64,000 nt of DNA, taken from Chloroflexota bacterium. GTDB taxonomy: Bacteria; Chloroflexota; Dehalococcoidia; Lucifugimonadales; UBA3495. How positions within the stretch are numbered: position 1 is the first letter of the stretch; the number at the start of each line of letters is the position of its first letter. The notes under the pieces are model-generated. The model saw nothing but the letters and a program-made list of their open reading frames with translations. It was not told the DNA's origin and did no database searches. Positions 1 through 8,579 of the stretch are shown one piece after another. A program made the position numbers and the translations under genes. The stretch spans positions 6,738 to 70,737 of the forward strand of contig JAPPLU010000087.1 of assembly GCA_028874075.1 (NCBI GenBank), written 5' to 3'.

Positions 1-2
1 AC

Positions 3-620
3 CTGTCCATGCTGGCGGTAACTACGCTGATACCTATCCTGGTGGAAAACGGGCTGGGCCAGCCGCCCATCTTCGTGGCCCTGGTACTGCTGCCCAACCA
101 GGTACTTGGACTGTTCCTGCCCACCCTTGGCGGCTGGATTCACGATCGGTACAACCCCTTGTGGTTGCGCCCAGCTTCGTTGATTCTCATTGCCTCCGGC
201 TTTTTCCTGGCCGGCTTCTTTGCCGACGACATTCCCGTGCTGGCCTTGCCGATAATGCTGCTGCCAATTGCCATCGGCTCCAATTTGTTCAACTCGCCCA
301 ACAATGCCACGGTGATGAATTCGCTGCCGGAGAACCGCAGCTTCGCATCGGGAATGCTGGAGACCACCCGGCAAATGGGACATTCCATTGGCACCACTAT
401 CAGCGCTACAGTGCTGGGGTTGGCCCTGCCGGTAGCCATAGATCTGTTGCCGTCAGTAGAGGCCCAGGTGCATTACATGAGTGGATTCCAGATTGCCGCC
501 TTGTCCGTCGTTGGGATTATGTTGTCCGGCGGCATAGTCGCCATCTTCCAGCGTACTCCCACGGCCAGGCAGGCCCCGCCCAGGGCAGCGCCCGCCCAGG
601 CCAGCGGGGGCGACAACTGA
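3..620 (+). CDS. MFS-type transporter, C-terminal half (5' end lies outside the window)
   Basis: Frame is open from the window edge to TGA at 618-620. Several hydrophobic helices and an MFS-like loop (PENRSFASGMLETTRQMG). Ends in a Pro/Ala-rich tail. Confidence 0.75.
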   Translation: MSMLAVTTLIPILVENGLGQPPIFVALVLLPNQVLGLFLPTLGGWIHDRYNPLWLRPASLILIASGFFLAGFFADDIPVLALPIMLLPIAIGSNLFNSPNNATVMNSLPENRSFASGMLETTRQMGHSIGTTISATVLGLALPVAIDLLPSVEAQVHYMSGFQIAALSVVGIMLSGGIVAIFQRTPTARQAPPRAAPAQASGGDN

Positions 621-767
621 GTTCTCCAATTCCTCCAGGAATCAGCGCGACTGTCACGAATAGTGAATCCTCATCATTCGTGATGGTCGTGCGCTTTCGC
701 GGCATTAACGCTGGGCAGTTTTGCCAGTACCCTGGCATCCAAATTGTGGTCCAAGGGACACGGTTCC

Positions 768-1162
768 CTATGCCATGGCGAACCAGCGGGCCCAGAGCAG
801 GGACAGGTCTGGTCTGGGTTCCGGTGCAGGCAGTTCCCGCATCAGCAGGTTGTCATACTTGCTCTCCCACGCCCAGGGCAGCAGGGCCAGCAGCATCCGG
901 CGGGGTTCGGGAATGTCTCCCTGTTCCCGCACCTTGTCCAGGTAGTTGTGCAGGTGCATCCAGGTGGTGAGCAAGAAACCACGGTCGGCGATTCTGCGGA
1001 TGACCTCCAGGGGCCTGGGGGCTCCTGTTGGTCGGCCACGACACGGGCGTAGTCGTGGTGGATCTCTTCGGTAGCGCGGCGCATACGGTAGATGGTGAGT
1101 TCCTTGTGGTACTTGCGCCGGAGGGAGCGGATTTCTCTCCTGATTTCGCTGAGGGTTCTCAT
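768..1162 (-). pseudogene. Hypothetical protein (about 130 aa) interrupted by a 1-nt frameshift at a G5 run
   Basis: ATG at 1162 has AGGAG 8 nt upstream. It reads MRTLSEIRREIRSLRRKYHKELTIYRMRRATEEIHHDYARVVADQQEPP, then turns into Cys/Trp/Thr-rich junk. The adjacent frame continues protein-like (LEVIRRIADRGFLLTTWMHLHNYLDKVREQGDIPEPRRMLLALLPWAWESKYDNLL...) to the stop at 768. Adding one G to the run at 1016-1020 joins the two frames. Confidence 0.35.
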
Positions 1163-1202
1163 GGTTGTCTCCTTTTGTTGTTTATCCGGGAAGGGCACGT
1201 CC

Positions 1203-1625
1203 TTCGACAGGCTCAGGATGAGCGGCGGGCGCTATCGTGAGAATTTTTTTGAAAAGTGTCCCATTGGGTCCCATTGGGTCCCATTTTTGGGTAGAGCCGT
1301 CTCATTTCAGAGATGCCTTTGACCGCAGAGGCGCAGAGGACGCGGAGTTTCGCAGAGGCGCTTTGTGCATCGTTGGGACATCTGTGCCTCCCTGGAAAAT
1401 GGGGATTGGGTCACGGTTTTATGGTGAGATGGTGTTATGCAGGTCGTCAATGGGGAGAGTGTCAATGATGCGGGTCGGGGAAGGAATGGTAGGAGCGTGC
1501 CGCCGTCTCTTTTGTGAATGAGGTGGATGGGTCCGCCACGGTGGGTCGGTCCAACCCTGGCAAGGCTCCCGCCTCGGGGTAAGGGACGGGCTTTCCCCCA
1601 ATCAGAAGGCGATTACGGTGGGAGT
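1203..1625. repeat. Copy A (diverged) of the GGGCCRTTYY-array intergenic element
   Basis: Shares ordered anchors with copies at 17.6 and 42.8 kb: ccttcga, gaattttttt (1241), cccatt(tt)ggg tandem units (1258-1290), atggggagag, atggtag (1486), gacgggctttccc..aatca.aa.gcgatt (1585-1615). Also holds cgcagagg repeats (1321-1360). Confidence 0.5.
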
Positions 1626-1714
1626 TTTGCCAGACGAGACCGGGGCGGGTACACTAGGCGGGCAAAATTCGAACCAAGACCTGAACAATTTCTGAGCTGA
1701 AGAGGTAAGAGAAC

Positions 1715-2668
1715 ATGGCCCTGTTTCTGAGGGACGAAGAGGTAAACCAAGCAGTAAACATGGACGAAATGCTGGCGGCCATTGAGGAAATGCAGCGCCA
1801 CTACGGCCACGGCGAAGTAATAAACCTGGGACGACGCAAGATCATCGCCCCAGGCGGCTTGCTGTCGGTTATGGGCGGCGGCCTGTTCTACGATGGAATC
1901 CTGGGCGTCAAGACCTACACCGTAGTCCAGGGCAAATACTCCTTTCAGGTCAGCATCTACAACGCCGACACCGGCGAGCTGATGTGCTACACCCAGGCCA
2001 ACCGCCTGGGCCAGCTTCGCACCGGCGCCACCACGGGCGTGGCCGTTAAGCACCTGTCCAACCCCGACGCGGCCACCGTGGGAATCATCGGCACCGGCTA
2101 CCAGGCCCCCACCCAGCTGGAGGCGGTCAGCAAGGTGCGCAACATAGCCAGAGTCAAGGCCTACAGCCGCACCGCCGAGCGCCGCGACGCCTTCGCCCAG
2201 GCCATGACCAACTCCCTGGGCGTTACGGTGGATTCGGTGGACAGCAGCGAGGAGGCGGTCTCGGGCAGCGACATCGTAATCTGCATTGCCGCCGTGATGG
2301 ACCCGGTACTGCAGGGGGAGTGGCTGTCTCCCGGCGCCACGGTTATCGGGGCGGGCCCGACCACTTGGCGGGCGCGAGAGGTGGACGATGCCACCTTCGC
2401 CCGGGCCGCCAAGATTTTCGTGGACTCGCCGGAGCAGGCCCCCATCGAGGTGGGCGACATGGCCGGGGCCGTGGACCGGGGTATTCTCCAGTGGAGCCAG
2501 CTTCAAGAACTGCGCCATGTGGTCGCGGGGACGGTCTGCGGCCGGGACAGCGCGGACCAGATCATCTACGCCAAGCTGATGGGCACAGGCGTGGCCGACG
2601 TGGCCGCCGCCAAGCTGGCCCACGACAACGCCAAAGCCAGGGGTTTGGGCATGGAGATGGAGTGGTAG
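1715..2668 (+). CDS. Ornithine cyclodeaminase / mu-crystallin family protein
   Basis: 317-aa ORF. LRTGATTGVA and IGTGYQA Rossmann motifs typical of the OCD/mu-crystallin family. Confidence 0.9.
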   Translation: MALFLRDEEVNQAVNMDEMLAAIEEMQRHYGHGEVINLGRRKIIAPGGLLSVMGGGLFYDGILGVKTYTVVQGKYSFQVSIYNADTGELMCYTQANRLGQLRTGATTGVAVKHLSNPDAATVGIIGTGYQAPTQLEAVSKVRNIARVKAYSRTAERRDAFAQAMTNSLGVTVDSVDSSEEAVSGSDIVICIAAVMDPVLQGEWLSPGATVIGAGPTTWRAREVDDATFARAAKIFVDSPEQAPIEVGDMAGAVDRGILQWSQLQELRHVVAGTVCGRDSADQIIYAKLMGTGVADVAAAKLAHDNAKARGLGMEMEW

Positions 2669-2713
2669 GTTATTTGGTCTACGGATAGGCCTAACAAGAA
2701 CGTTTGCTTACAC

Positions 2714-2742
2714 GCAGGGGCAGGTTTGAAACCCGCCCTTGC
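2714..2742. terminator. GC-rich hairpin between convergent genes (GCAGGGGCAGGTTTGAAACCCGCCCTTGC)
   Basis: Imperfect stem of about 12 bp, located between the 3' ends of the OCD and SMP-30 genes. A related hairpin is at 29537-29562. Confidence 0.4.
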
Positions 2743-2836
2743 TACATTCCAAGATGCTTTTTCCACCCGTCGTGCTCTTCACCAACCATTCAACCCCATT
2801 GGTGAACATTCGTGCCCATTCGTGGATATAAGAAAA

Positions 2837-3733
2837 CTACGGCCACATAATCCACCCCGTCCGCTCCGTCCGGGCGCGGAACAGGTGGCCGCCGCCGGTG
2901 GTTACGTACAGGGTCTTCATGTCGGCGCCGCCGAAGCAGCAGTTGGTGGCCCGCTCCACTCGGATGGGGTGGGTTTCCAGCACCCGGCCTTCCGGTGAGA
3001 AGACGTAAATCATGGGGCCAGGACCGCCCGACTCCCAACCGGCGCAGGCGATGATGTTGCCGCTGGTGTCCAGGGTCATGCCGTCCACGCCCCGCTGGGC
3101 CCCCCGGTGGTCCACGCCAAAGGTGTGCAGCGACACATACTCGCCCAGGGACCCATCATCGTTGATGGGGTAGGCCCGCAGTTCCCGTATTCGGTCCAGG
3201 CCGTAGTCGCTCTGGGCCACGTACAGGGTCCGCTGGTCGCGGGAAATCAGGATGCCGTTGGGCCGGGTGATGTCCGTGGTTACCCGCTTCAGGTCGTAGC
3301 CGCCGTCGCCGGTGGGGTCCAGCCGCAACACCGACATGTGGTCCAGTTCCTGGGGGCCGCTGTCGCCGATGCCGCTGTAGGGGTCGGTGAACCAGATGCG
3401 GCCCGAGCGGTCCACTACCAGGTCGTTGGGGTTGTTGTGTTGCTTCCCGTCCAGGATGTGGGGCAGGGACGTGACGTTCCGTCCGTCCTTCTCGAACCGG
3501 ACGATGCGCCGTCCTCCCTGCTGGCAGCCGAACAGGTTGCCCGCCACGTCAAAACAAAGCCCATTGACGTGGTTGACGCCGGTGAAGTATTCGGTGGTCT
3601 CGCCGGATTTGGGGTCGTATCTCAACAGGCGACTTGCGGGGATGTGGGTGAAAATGACCGCCTCACCGTCCCACGCCGGCCCCTCGGTGGTGCCGCCGTA
3701 GGGTCCCGCTACCAGTTCAAAGTCCCAACTCAT
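2837..3733 (-). CDS. SMP-30/gluconolactonase/LRE family protein
   Basis: 298-aa ORF. Beta-propeller repeats with EGPAWD, NGLCFD, PNDLVVD, PNGILIS, DGMTLD and CCFGG motifs. Confidence 0.9.
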   Translation of the reverse strand: MSWDFELVAGPYGGTTEGPAWDGEAVIFTHIPASRLLRYDPKSGETTEYFTGVNHVNGLCFDVAGNLFGCQQGGRRIVRFEKDGRNVTSLPHILDGKQHNNPNDLVVDRSGRIWFTDPYSGIGDSGPQELDHMSVLRLDPTGDGGYDLKRVTTDITRPNGILISRDQRTLYVAQSDYGLDRIRELRAYPINDDGSLGEYVSLHTFGVDHRGAQRGVDGMTLDTSGNIIACAGWESGGPGPMIYVFSPEGRVLETHPIRVERATNCCFGGADMKTLYVTTGGGHLFRARTERTGWIMWP

Positions 3734-3790
3734 GGTGAATTACCTCCTGGTTGGTGGTGGGGTTAAAGGAATTGTTCACTGGGTCCAAAT

Positions 3791-4108
3791 CTAGGCGGAA
3801 ACTTCCCGGACTTCTCCCGGCTTCATTCCATCCAGTGCAGCTCTAATGTCTTCGATTCTCAATTGCACTCTGGGCCACCTGTTTGAGAGCAAGACTATGA
3901 CGGCTATTTGCCTGTGGGCCATGTTCTGCTGGTAACGCATGCTCTGATCTGCCGTTATCAAAATCTCGTATCCACCTCTTTCCGCGTTGTCCAGCAAGTC
4001 TCCATTTCTGATTCGGGCCCAGCCCTTCCCTTCGGCAGTATCTACAATGTGTTCTGTAAGGTAACGGCGGAATGGTTCCGGAACGTTGACGTCAAACAGG
4101 ATTCTCAT
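3791..4108 (-). CDS. DUF5615-like PIN-fold protein (putative toxin)
   Basis: 105-aa ORF starting MRILFDVNVP. Overlaps the upstream DUF433-like gene by 17 nt. Confidence 0.65.
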   Translation of the reverse strand: MRILFDVNVPEPFRRYLTEHIVDTAEGKGWARIRNGDLLDNAERGGYEILITADQSMRYQQNMAHRQIAVIVLLSNRWPRVQLRIEDIRAALDGMKPGEVREVSA

Positions 4109-4331
4109 GCTTTATTTTGGAGTCAAGGTTTTCGACGACGTACTCCAGAACGGCCTCTACCTGCCATCTTTCCGCCACAGGAAACCAGTCTAGGAACTCT
4201 TCGATGTTAGCTCCCGCGGCAAGATTTCCGAACAGGGCCGAGACCGGCAGTCGGGTCCCGGTGAAGACCCAGGCGCCGCCTACTCTTCCGGGCTCACTTT
4301 CTACCGCCGGACACTTGCCCCAGTCTATCAT
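4092..4331 (-). CDS. DUF433-like protein (putative antitoxin)
   Basis: ATG at 4331 has GGAGG 8 nt upstream. MIDWGKCPAVESEPGRVGGAWVFTGTRLPVSALFGNL matches the DUF433 pattern. Translationally coupled to the PIN-like gene. Confidence 0.65.
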   Translation of the reverse strand: MIDWGKCPAVESEPGRVGGAWVFTGTRLPVSALFGNLAAGANIEEFLDWFPVAERWQVEAVLEYVVENLDSKIKHENPV

Positions 4332-4468
4332 CGGGTAACCTCCCCTTGCTTCCATTCATCCTTCTAATTGTAGGCGCTCGAACATTGCTTGTCGGTATAT
4401 TGTCCGACATCAGGCCGTGCGCGTCTAGCGCAAGTTCAGTACTGGCATTCCAATCCGGCCGTTGGCGC

Positions 4469-4498
4469 AAAGAAACAGGGCAGCCTCGAGTGCTGCCC
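4469..4498 (-). terminator. Rho-independent terminator after carB
   Basis: On the minus strand: GGGCAGC-actcgag-GCTGCCC followed by TGTTTCTTT, about 50 nt after the carB stop. Confidence 0.6.
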
Positions 4499-4548
4499 CT
4501 ACGAAATTGCCTTGAATTAGCCACCTTTGCGGGCAGGGCGCGATCTTT

Positions 4549-7500
4549 TCACCCTTCTATCGGCTTCAAGTAGGAGTCAATCTGCTCAATGTTGTAGCTG
4601 CCCCTTTGCATCAGCAGGGCTTCCACCGCGGCCCGGGCGGTGTCCAGGGAGGTGAAACAGGGGATGCGTCGGTCCACGGCGGCCCGGCGGATGTAATAGC
4701 CGTCCCGCATTACCGACGTGTCGCCGGACAGGGTATTGACCACCGCCGCTACGGTCCCGTCGTTAATCACATCCACCACGTTGGGATAGGACTCGGTGAG
4801 CAGTTTGGTGACCATGGTGGCGGGCATGCCGGTGGCCTGGATCATGGCGGCCGTGCCCTCGGTGGCGTACAGTTTGCAGTCGGCCTCCAGCAGTTCCCGG
4901 ATCAGGGGCAGGGCCTCGGCCTTGTGCTGGTCGGCGATGCTCAGCAGCACCCCGTCGCCCCGCTTCAGGCTCAGGCTGGCCGCCATCAGCGCCTTGGACA
5001 GGGCCCCGGGGAAATCGCGGTCGATGCCCATCACCTCACCAGTGGACTTCATTTCCGGCCCCAGGTAGGAGTCCACGCCCACCAGCTTGGACATTGAGAA
5101 GACGGGCGCCTTGATTGCCGCCAGCTTTTGGCGGGGCCACAGGCCGCCGGAATAGCCCATATCCGCCAGCGTCTCCCCCAGCATGACTCGAGTTGCCAGG
5201 CTGGCCACGGGTACGCTGGTAACCTTGGAGATGAAGGGGATGGTGCGGCTGCCCCGGGGGTTCACCTCAATAATATAGACGGTAGTTTCCGAGTCGTCCG
5301 TAGGCGAGTGGGGACTGCGGTAGGCACTGCCGCCCTGGATGACAAACTGGATGTTCATCAACCCCCGCACGCCCATGGCCAGGCCGATGCGGGTGGCGTA
5401 GTCCACCAGGGTATCCACTTCCTGCTCGGTCAGGTTCAGACCGGGGTAGATGGCCATGGAGTCGCCGCTGTGGACTCCGGCCCGTTCGATGTGTTCCATG
5501 ATGCCGGGGATCAGCACCTGCTCCCCGTCGCAAATGGCGTCCACCTCGCATTCCTTGCCTTCCATGTAGTGGTCCACCAGGACCAGCCGTTCCGGCGTAA
5601 CCTCGGTGGCCACCGTCAGGTACCGCACCAGTTCCGAGGCGTTCTGGACGATTTCCATGGCCCTCCCGCCCAGCACGTAGCTGGGCCGGACCACCACCGG
5701 GTAGCCGATGTTCTGGGCCACCTGCAGGGCCTCGGAAACCGATGCCACCGACGCCCCCGGCGGTTGGGGAATGCCCAGGCGGGAGAGGAATTCTTCGAAC
5801 CGCTGCCGGTCCGACGCCACATCGATAGCGTCGGCGCTGGAACCCAGGATGGGCAATCCGGCGTTGGCCAGGGACTGGGACAGGTTGATGGCAGTCTGCC
5901 CGCCGAACTGGACCACCGACGGAGGAGGATCATCGTCCACCGTCTCGTTGTCAATGATGTCCCGCACCGCTTCCTCGTCCAGCGGCTCGAAGTAGAGCCG
6001 ATCGCTGGTGTCGAAGTCGGTGGAAACGGTCTCCGGGTTGGAGTTGATCATCACGCTGGAAACGCCGGCCGCAGAAAGGGCCCAGGCGGCGTGCACGCTG
6101 CAGTAGTCGAACTCGATCCCCTGGCCGATGCGGATGGGGCCGCTGCCGATGACTATGGCCTTCCTGCCAGGCAATGGCGGGGCCTCATTCTCCTGCTCGT
6201 AGGTGCTGTAATAGTAGGGAGTAACTGCCTCGAACTCGGCGGCGCAGGTGTCCACCATCTTGTACACCGGCCGCAGATCCCAGCGGTGGCGCAGGTCCCG
6301 CACCTGCTCCGGCAGCATGTCGGCCAGGGTGCCCACCTGCACGTCGGAAAAGCCCAGCCGCTTAGCCCTATACAGCAGGTCCGGTGTCAATGTCTCACCC
6401 AGCAGCCTCCGCTCCATGCTGACGATGCGCTGCATGGCGCTGATGAACCAGGGATCAACGTAGGTCTTCCCCAGCAGTTCGTCGGCGGATGTGTTACGAC
6501 GCAGCGCAGACATCATGGCCCACAGGCGCAGGTCGTTGGGCTCCAGCAGGCCCTCAGAGTCCCGCCCCGACTTCTGACCCTCGGCGGCGGCGCCCTCCCA
6601 CAGCAAAGTGCGGTTGCCAATCTCCAGGGAGCGGGTGGCTTTCTGCAACGCCGCCTCGAAGGACCGGTCGATGGCCATCACCTCGCCGGTGGCCTTCATC
6701 TGGGTGGTAACCTGGCGATCGCCGTTGGGGAACTTGTCAAAGGGCCAGCGGGGAATCTTGACCACGCAGTAGTCCAGGGCAGGCTCAAAGGCGGCGCCCG
6801 TCTTGCCGGTGACGGCGTTGGGAATCTCGTGGAGACGTTTGCCCACGGCGATTTTGGCTGACACCCGGGCAATGGGATATCCGGTGGCCTTGCTGGCCAG
6901 GGCCGAACTGCGGCTGACCCGGGGGTTCACTTCGATGATGTAGTAGTCGGAGTCCGGCTCCCACTGGGCCTGCAGAGCCTCGGCCACCCGGGGATGGGGC
7001 CGCAGGGCCATCTGGATATTGCAGCCACCTTCGATGCCCAGGCCCCTGATGATCTTCAGGCTGGCCGTCCGGAGCATCTGGTACTCCTTATCGGTCAGGG
7101 TCTGGCTGGGGGCAACCACAATGCTGTCGCCCGTGTGGGCGCCCATTGGATCCAGGTTTTCCATGTTGCAGACGGTGATGCAGTTGTCGTCGCCGTCCCG
7201 GATAACCTCGTACTCGATCTCCTTCCAGCCCACCAGGGAGCGTTCCAGCAGCACCTGGGAAATGGGACTCAAAGCAAGACCGTTGCTGACAATTTCCTCG
7301 AACTTCTCGCGGGTGTTGGCGATGCCGCCGCCGGTGCCGCCCAGGGTGTAGGCCGGCCGCGCCACCAAGGGTAAGCCCATCAGGTCGCAGTACTCTCGGG
7401 CTTCTTCCATGGAGTTGACGGTGCGGTTGGGCGGTTCCGGTTCGCCGATGTCGTGCAGGAAGTTGCGGAAGAACTCCCGGTCCTCGGCTTTGCGGATGGT

Positions 7501-7878
7501 CTCCAGGGGGGTGCCCAGCAGCCGCACGTTGTACCTGTCCAGCACCCCGGCGTCGGACAGGGCCACGGCCAGGTTGAGGCCCGTCTGCCCGCCCAGGGTG
7601 GGCAGCACTCCCTGGGGTCGCTCCCTGGCAATGATGCGCTCGATGACCTCCACGGTCAGCGGTTCGATGTAGACGTGGTCGGCAATGTCGGTGTCGGTCA
7701 TGATGGTGGCCGGGTTGGAATTGATCAGCACTACGGAGATGCCCTCTTCCCGCAATGCCTTGCAGGCCTGGGTTCCCGCGTAGTCAAACTCGGCAGCCTG
7801 GCCGATAACTATGGGGCCGGAACCGATGACCAGGACTTTTTCCAGTGGCGGCGTCGTGCTATCCAAATCGTTGCTCAA
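4549..7878 (-). CDS. carB: Carbamoyl-phosphate synthase large subunit
   Basis: 1109-aa ORF. Duplicated ATP-grasp halves, an IGQAAEFDYAGTQA N-terminus and an MGS-like C-terminus. Confidence 0.97.
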   Translation of the reverse strand: MSNDLDSTTPPLEKVLVIGSGPIVIGQAAEFDYAGTQACKALREEGISVVLINSNPATIMTDTDIADHVYIEPLTVEVIERIIARERPQGVLPTLGGQTGLNLAVALSDAGVLDRYNVRLLGTPLETIRKAEDREFFRNFLHDIGEPEPPNRTVNSMEEAREYCDLMGLPLVARPAYTLGGTGGGIANTREKFEEIVSNGLALSPISQVLLERSLVGWKEIEYEVIRDGDDNCITVCNMENLDPMGAHTGDSIVVAPSQTLTDKEYQMLRTASLKIIRGLGIEGGCNIQMALRPHPRVAEALQAQWEPDSDYYIIEVNPRVSRSSALASKATGYPIARVSAKIAVGKRLHEIPNAVTGKTGAAFEPALDYCVVKIPRWPFDKFPNGDRQVTTQMKATGEVMAIDRSFEAALQKATRSLEIGNRTLLWEGAAAEGQKSGRDSEGLLEPNDLRLWAMMSALRRNTSADELLGKTYVDPWFISAMQRIVSMERRLLGETLTPDLLYRAKRLGFSDVQVGTLADMLPEQVRDLRHRWDLRPVYKMVDTCAAEFEAVTPYYYSTYEQENEAPPLPGRKAIVIGSGPIRIGQGIEFDYCSVHAAWALSAAGVSSVMINSNPETVSTDFDTSDRLYFEPLDEEAVRDIIDNETVDDDPPPSVVQFGGQTAINLSQSLANAGLPILGSSADAIDVASDRQRFEEFLSRLGIPQPPGASVASVSEALQVAQNIGYPVVVRPSYVLGGRAMEIVQNASELVRYLTVATEVTPERLVLVDHYMEGKECEVDAICDGEQVLIPGIMEHIERAGVHSGDSMAIYPGLNLTEQEVDTLVDYATRIGLAMGVRGLMNIQFVIQGGSAYRSPHSPTDDSETTVYIIEVNPRGSRTIPFISKVTSVPVASLATRVMLGETLADMGYSGGLWPRQKLAAIKAPVFSMSKLVGVDSYLGPEMKSTGEVMGIDRDFPGALSKALMAASLSLKRGDGVLLSIADQHKAEALPLIRELLEADCKLYATEGTAAMIQATGMPATMVTKLLTESYPNVVDVINDGTVAAVVNTLSGDTSVMRDGYYIRRAAVDRRIPCFTSLDTARAAVEALLMQRGSYNIEQIDSYLKPIEG

Positions 7879-7911
7879 GCGCTCTTGCGTCCTCCGGTTT
7901 GCATGGGATTA

Positions 7912-7988
7912 TCACAATGAGCCGCAGAGAATCAGAGGTGCACAGAGTTCATCTACTTACCTCTGATTCTCCGATTCTCTTTGTGAAA
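7912..7988. repeat. REP-like palindromic element, copy a (between orf139 and carB)
   Basis: Perfect 12-bp stem gagaatcagagg/cctctgattctc, plus outer arms tcacaa..gag/ctctttgtga. Confidence 0.6.
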
Positions 7989-8005
7989 ACGGCTTATGGT
8001 TGACC

Positions 8006-8425
8006 CTAGAACGTCGGCAGGCGGCCCGGCAACTGCATCAGCCCCCGGTCGTACAGGGAGTTGATCATCTGGCAGCAGAAAGAGCCGTAATAGACGCCGT
8101 CAAAGTCCAGCTTCGCCATCCCCGGGAAGTCCTGCTCTACCCGGGGCGGCACCCGGAAGTTCACCGTGTCGTTGCCCGTCTTCTGCACCTCGATGCAGCC
8201 CACGGGCTCCTCGTAGACCTTGTTGTTGCGCAGATCCATAAGCTTGACGTTCAGTTCCCAGCGGCTGCCCAGCCTCGCCCGGCTTACCGATGCAAGCTGG
8301 TAGCCGAAATTGTTGTACTCAATGCGTGGCACCACCTGGTCCAGCAGCCCGAGCATATTGGACAGGCTGATGGGCAGGTCCGCTTCTACGCCTTCCTCAA
8401 CCAATACCATTGAAAAAGTGGACAT
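8006..8425 (-). CDS. Hypothetical protein (139 aa) embedded between carA and carB
   Basis: ATG at 8425 has GGAGGG upstream. Non-repetitive, globular-looking sequence. No family recognised. Confidence 0.55.
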   Translation of the reverse strand: MSTFSMVLVEEGVEADLPISLSNMLGLLDQVVPRIEYNNFGYQLASVSRARLGSRWELNVKLMDLRNNKVYEEPVGCIEVQKTGNDTVNFRVPPRVEQDFPGMAKLDFDGVYYGSFCCQMINSLYDRGLMQLPGRLPTF

Positions 8426-8579
8426 GGTAACCCTCCAAATACTGCAATGATGACTTTATGCAACAATGGCCGTGGCAGTGTGGAAGGTATAGCGTCTTCC
8501 AACATACCACCAACCCAAACCTCACCGGCCTGGAAGCCGGCCCCAGTCTCTCCTCCCTATCACCCCCCACAAGCGCGGA

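Noticed and set aside
1613-2623. 336-aa ORF antisense to the ornithine cyclodeaminase gene
   Set aside because: Typical high-GC shadow ORF. It is rich in Gly/Ala/Arg/His/Val, has no motifs, and is fully overlapped by a well-supported gene on the other strand.
5128-6861. 577-aa ORF antisense to carB (plus several shorter ones at 4606-7920)
   Set aside because: Shadow ORFs inside an unambiguous carB. The composition is junk-like (G/A/H/V/P/R runs).
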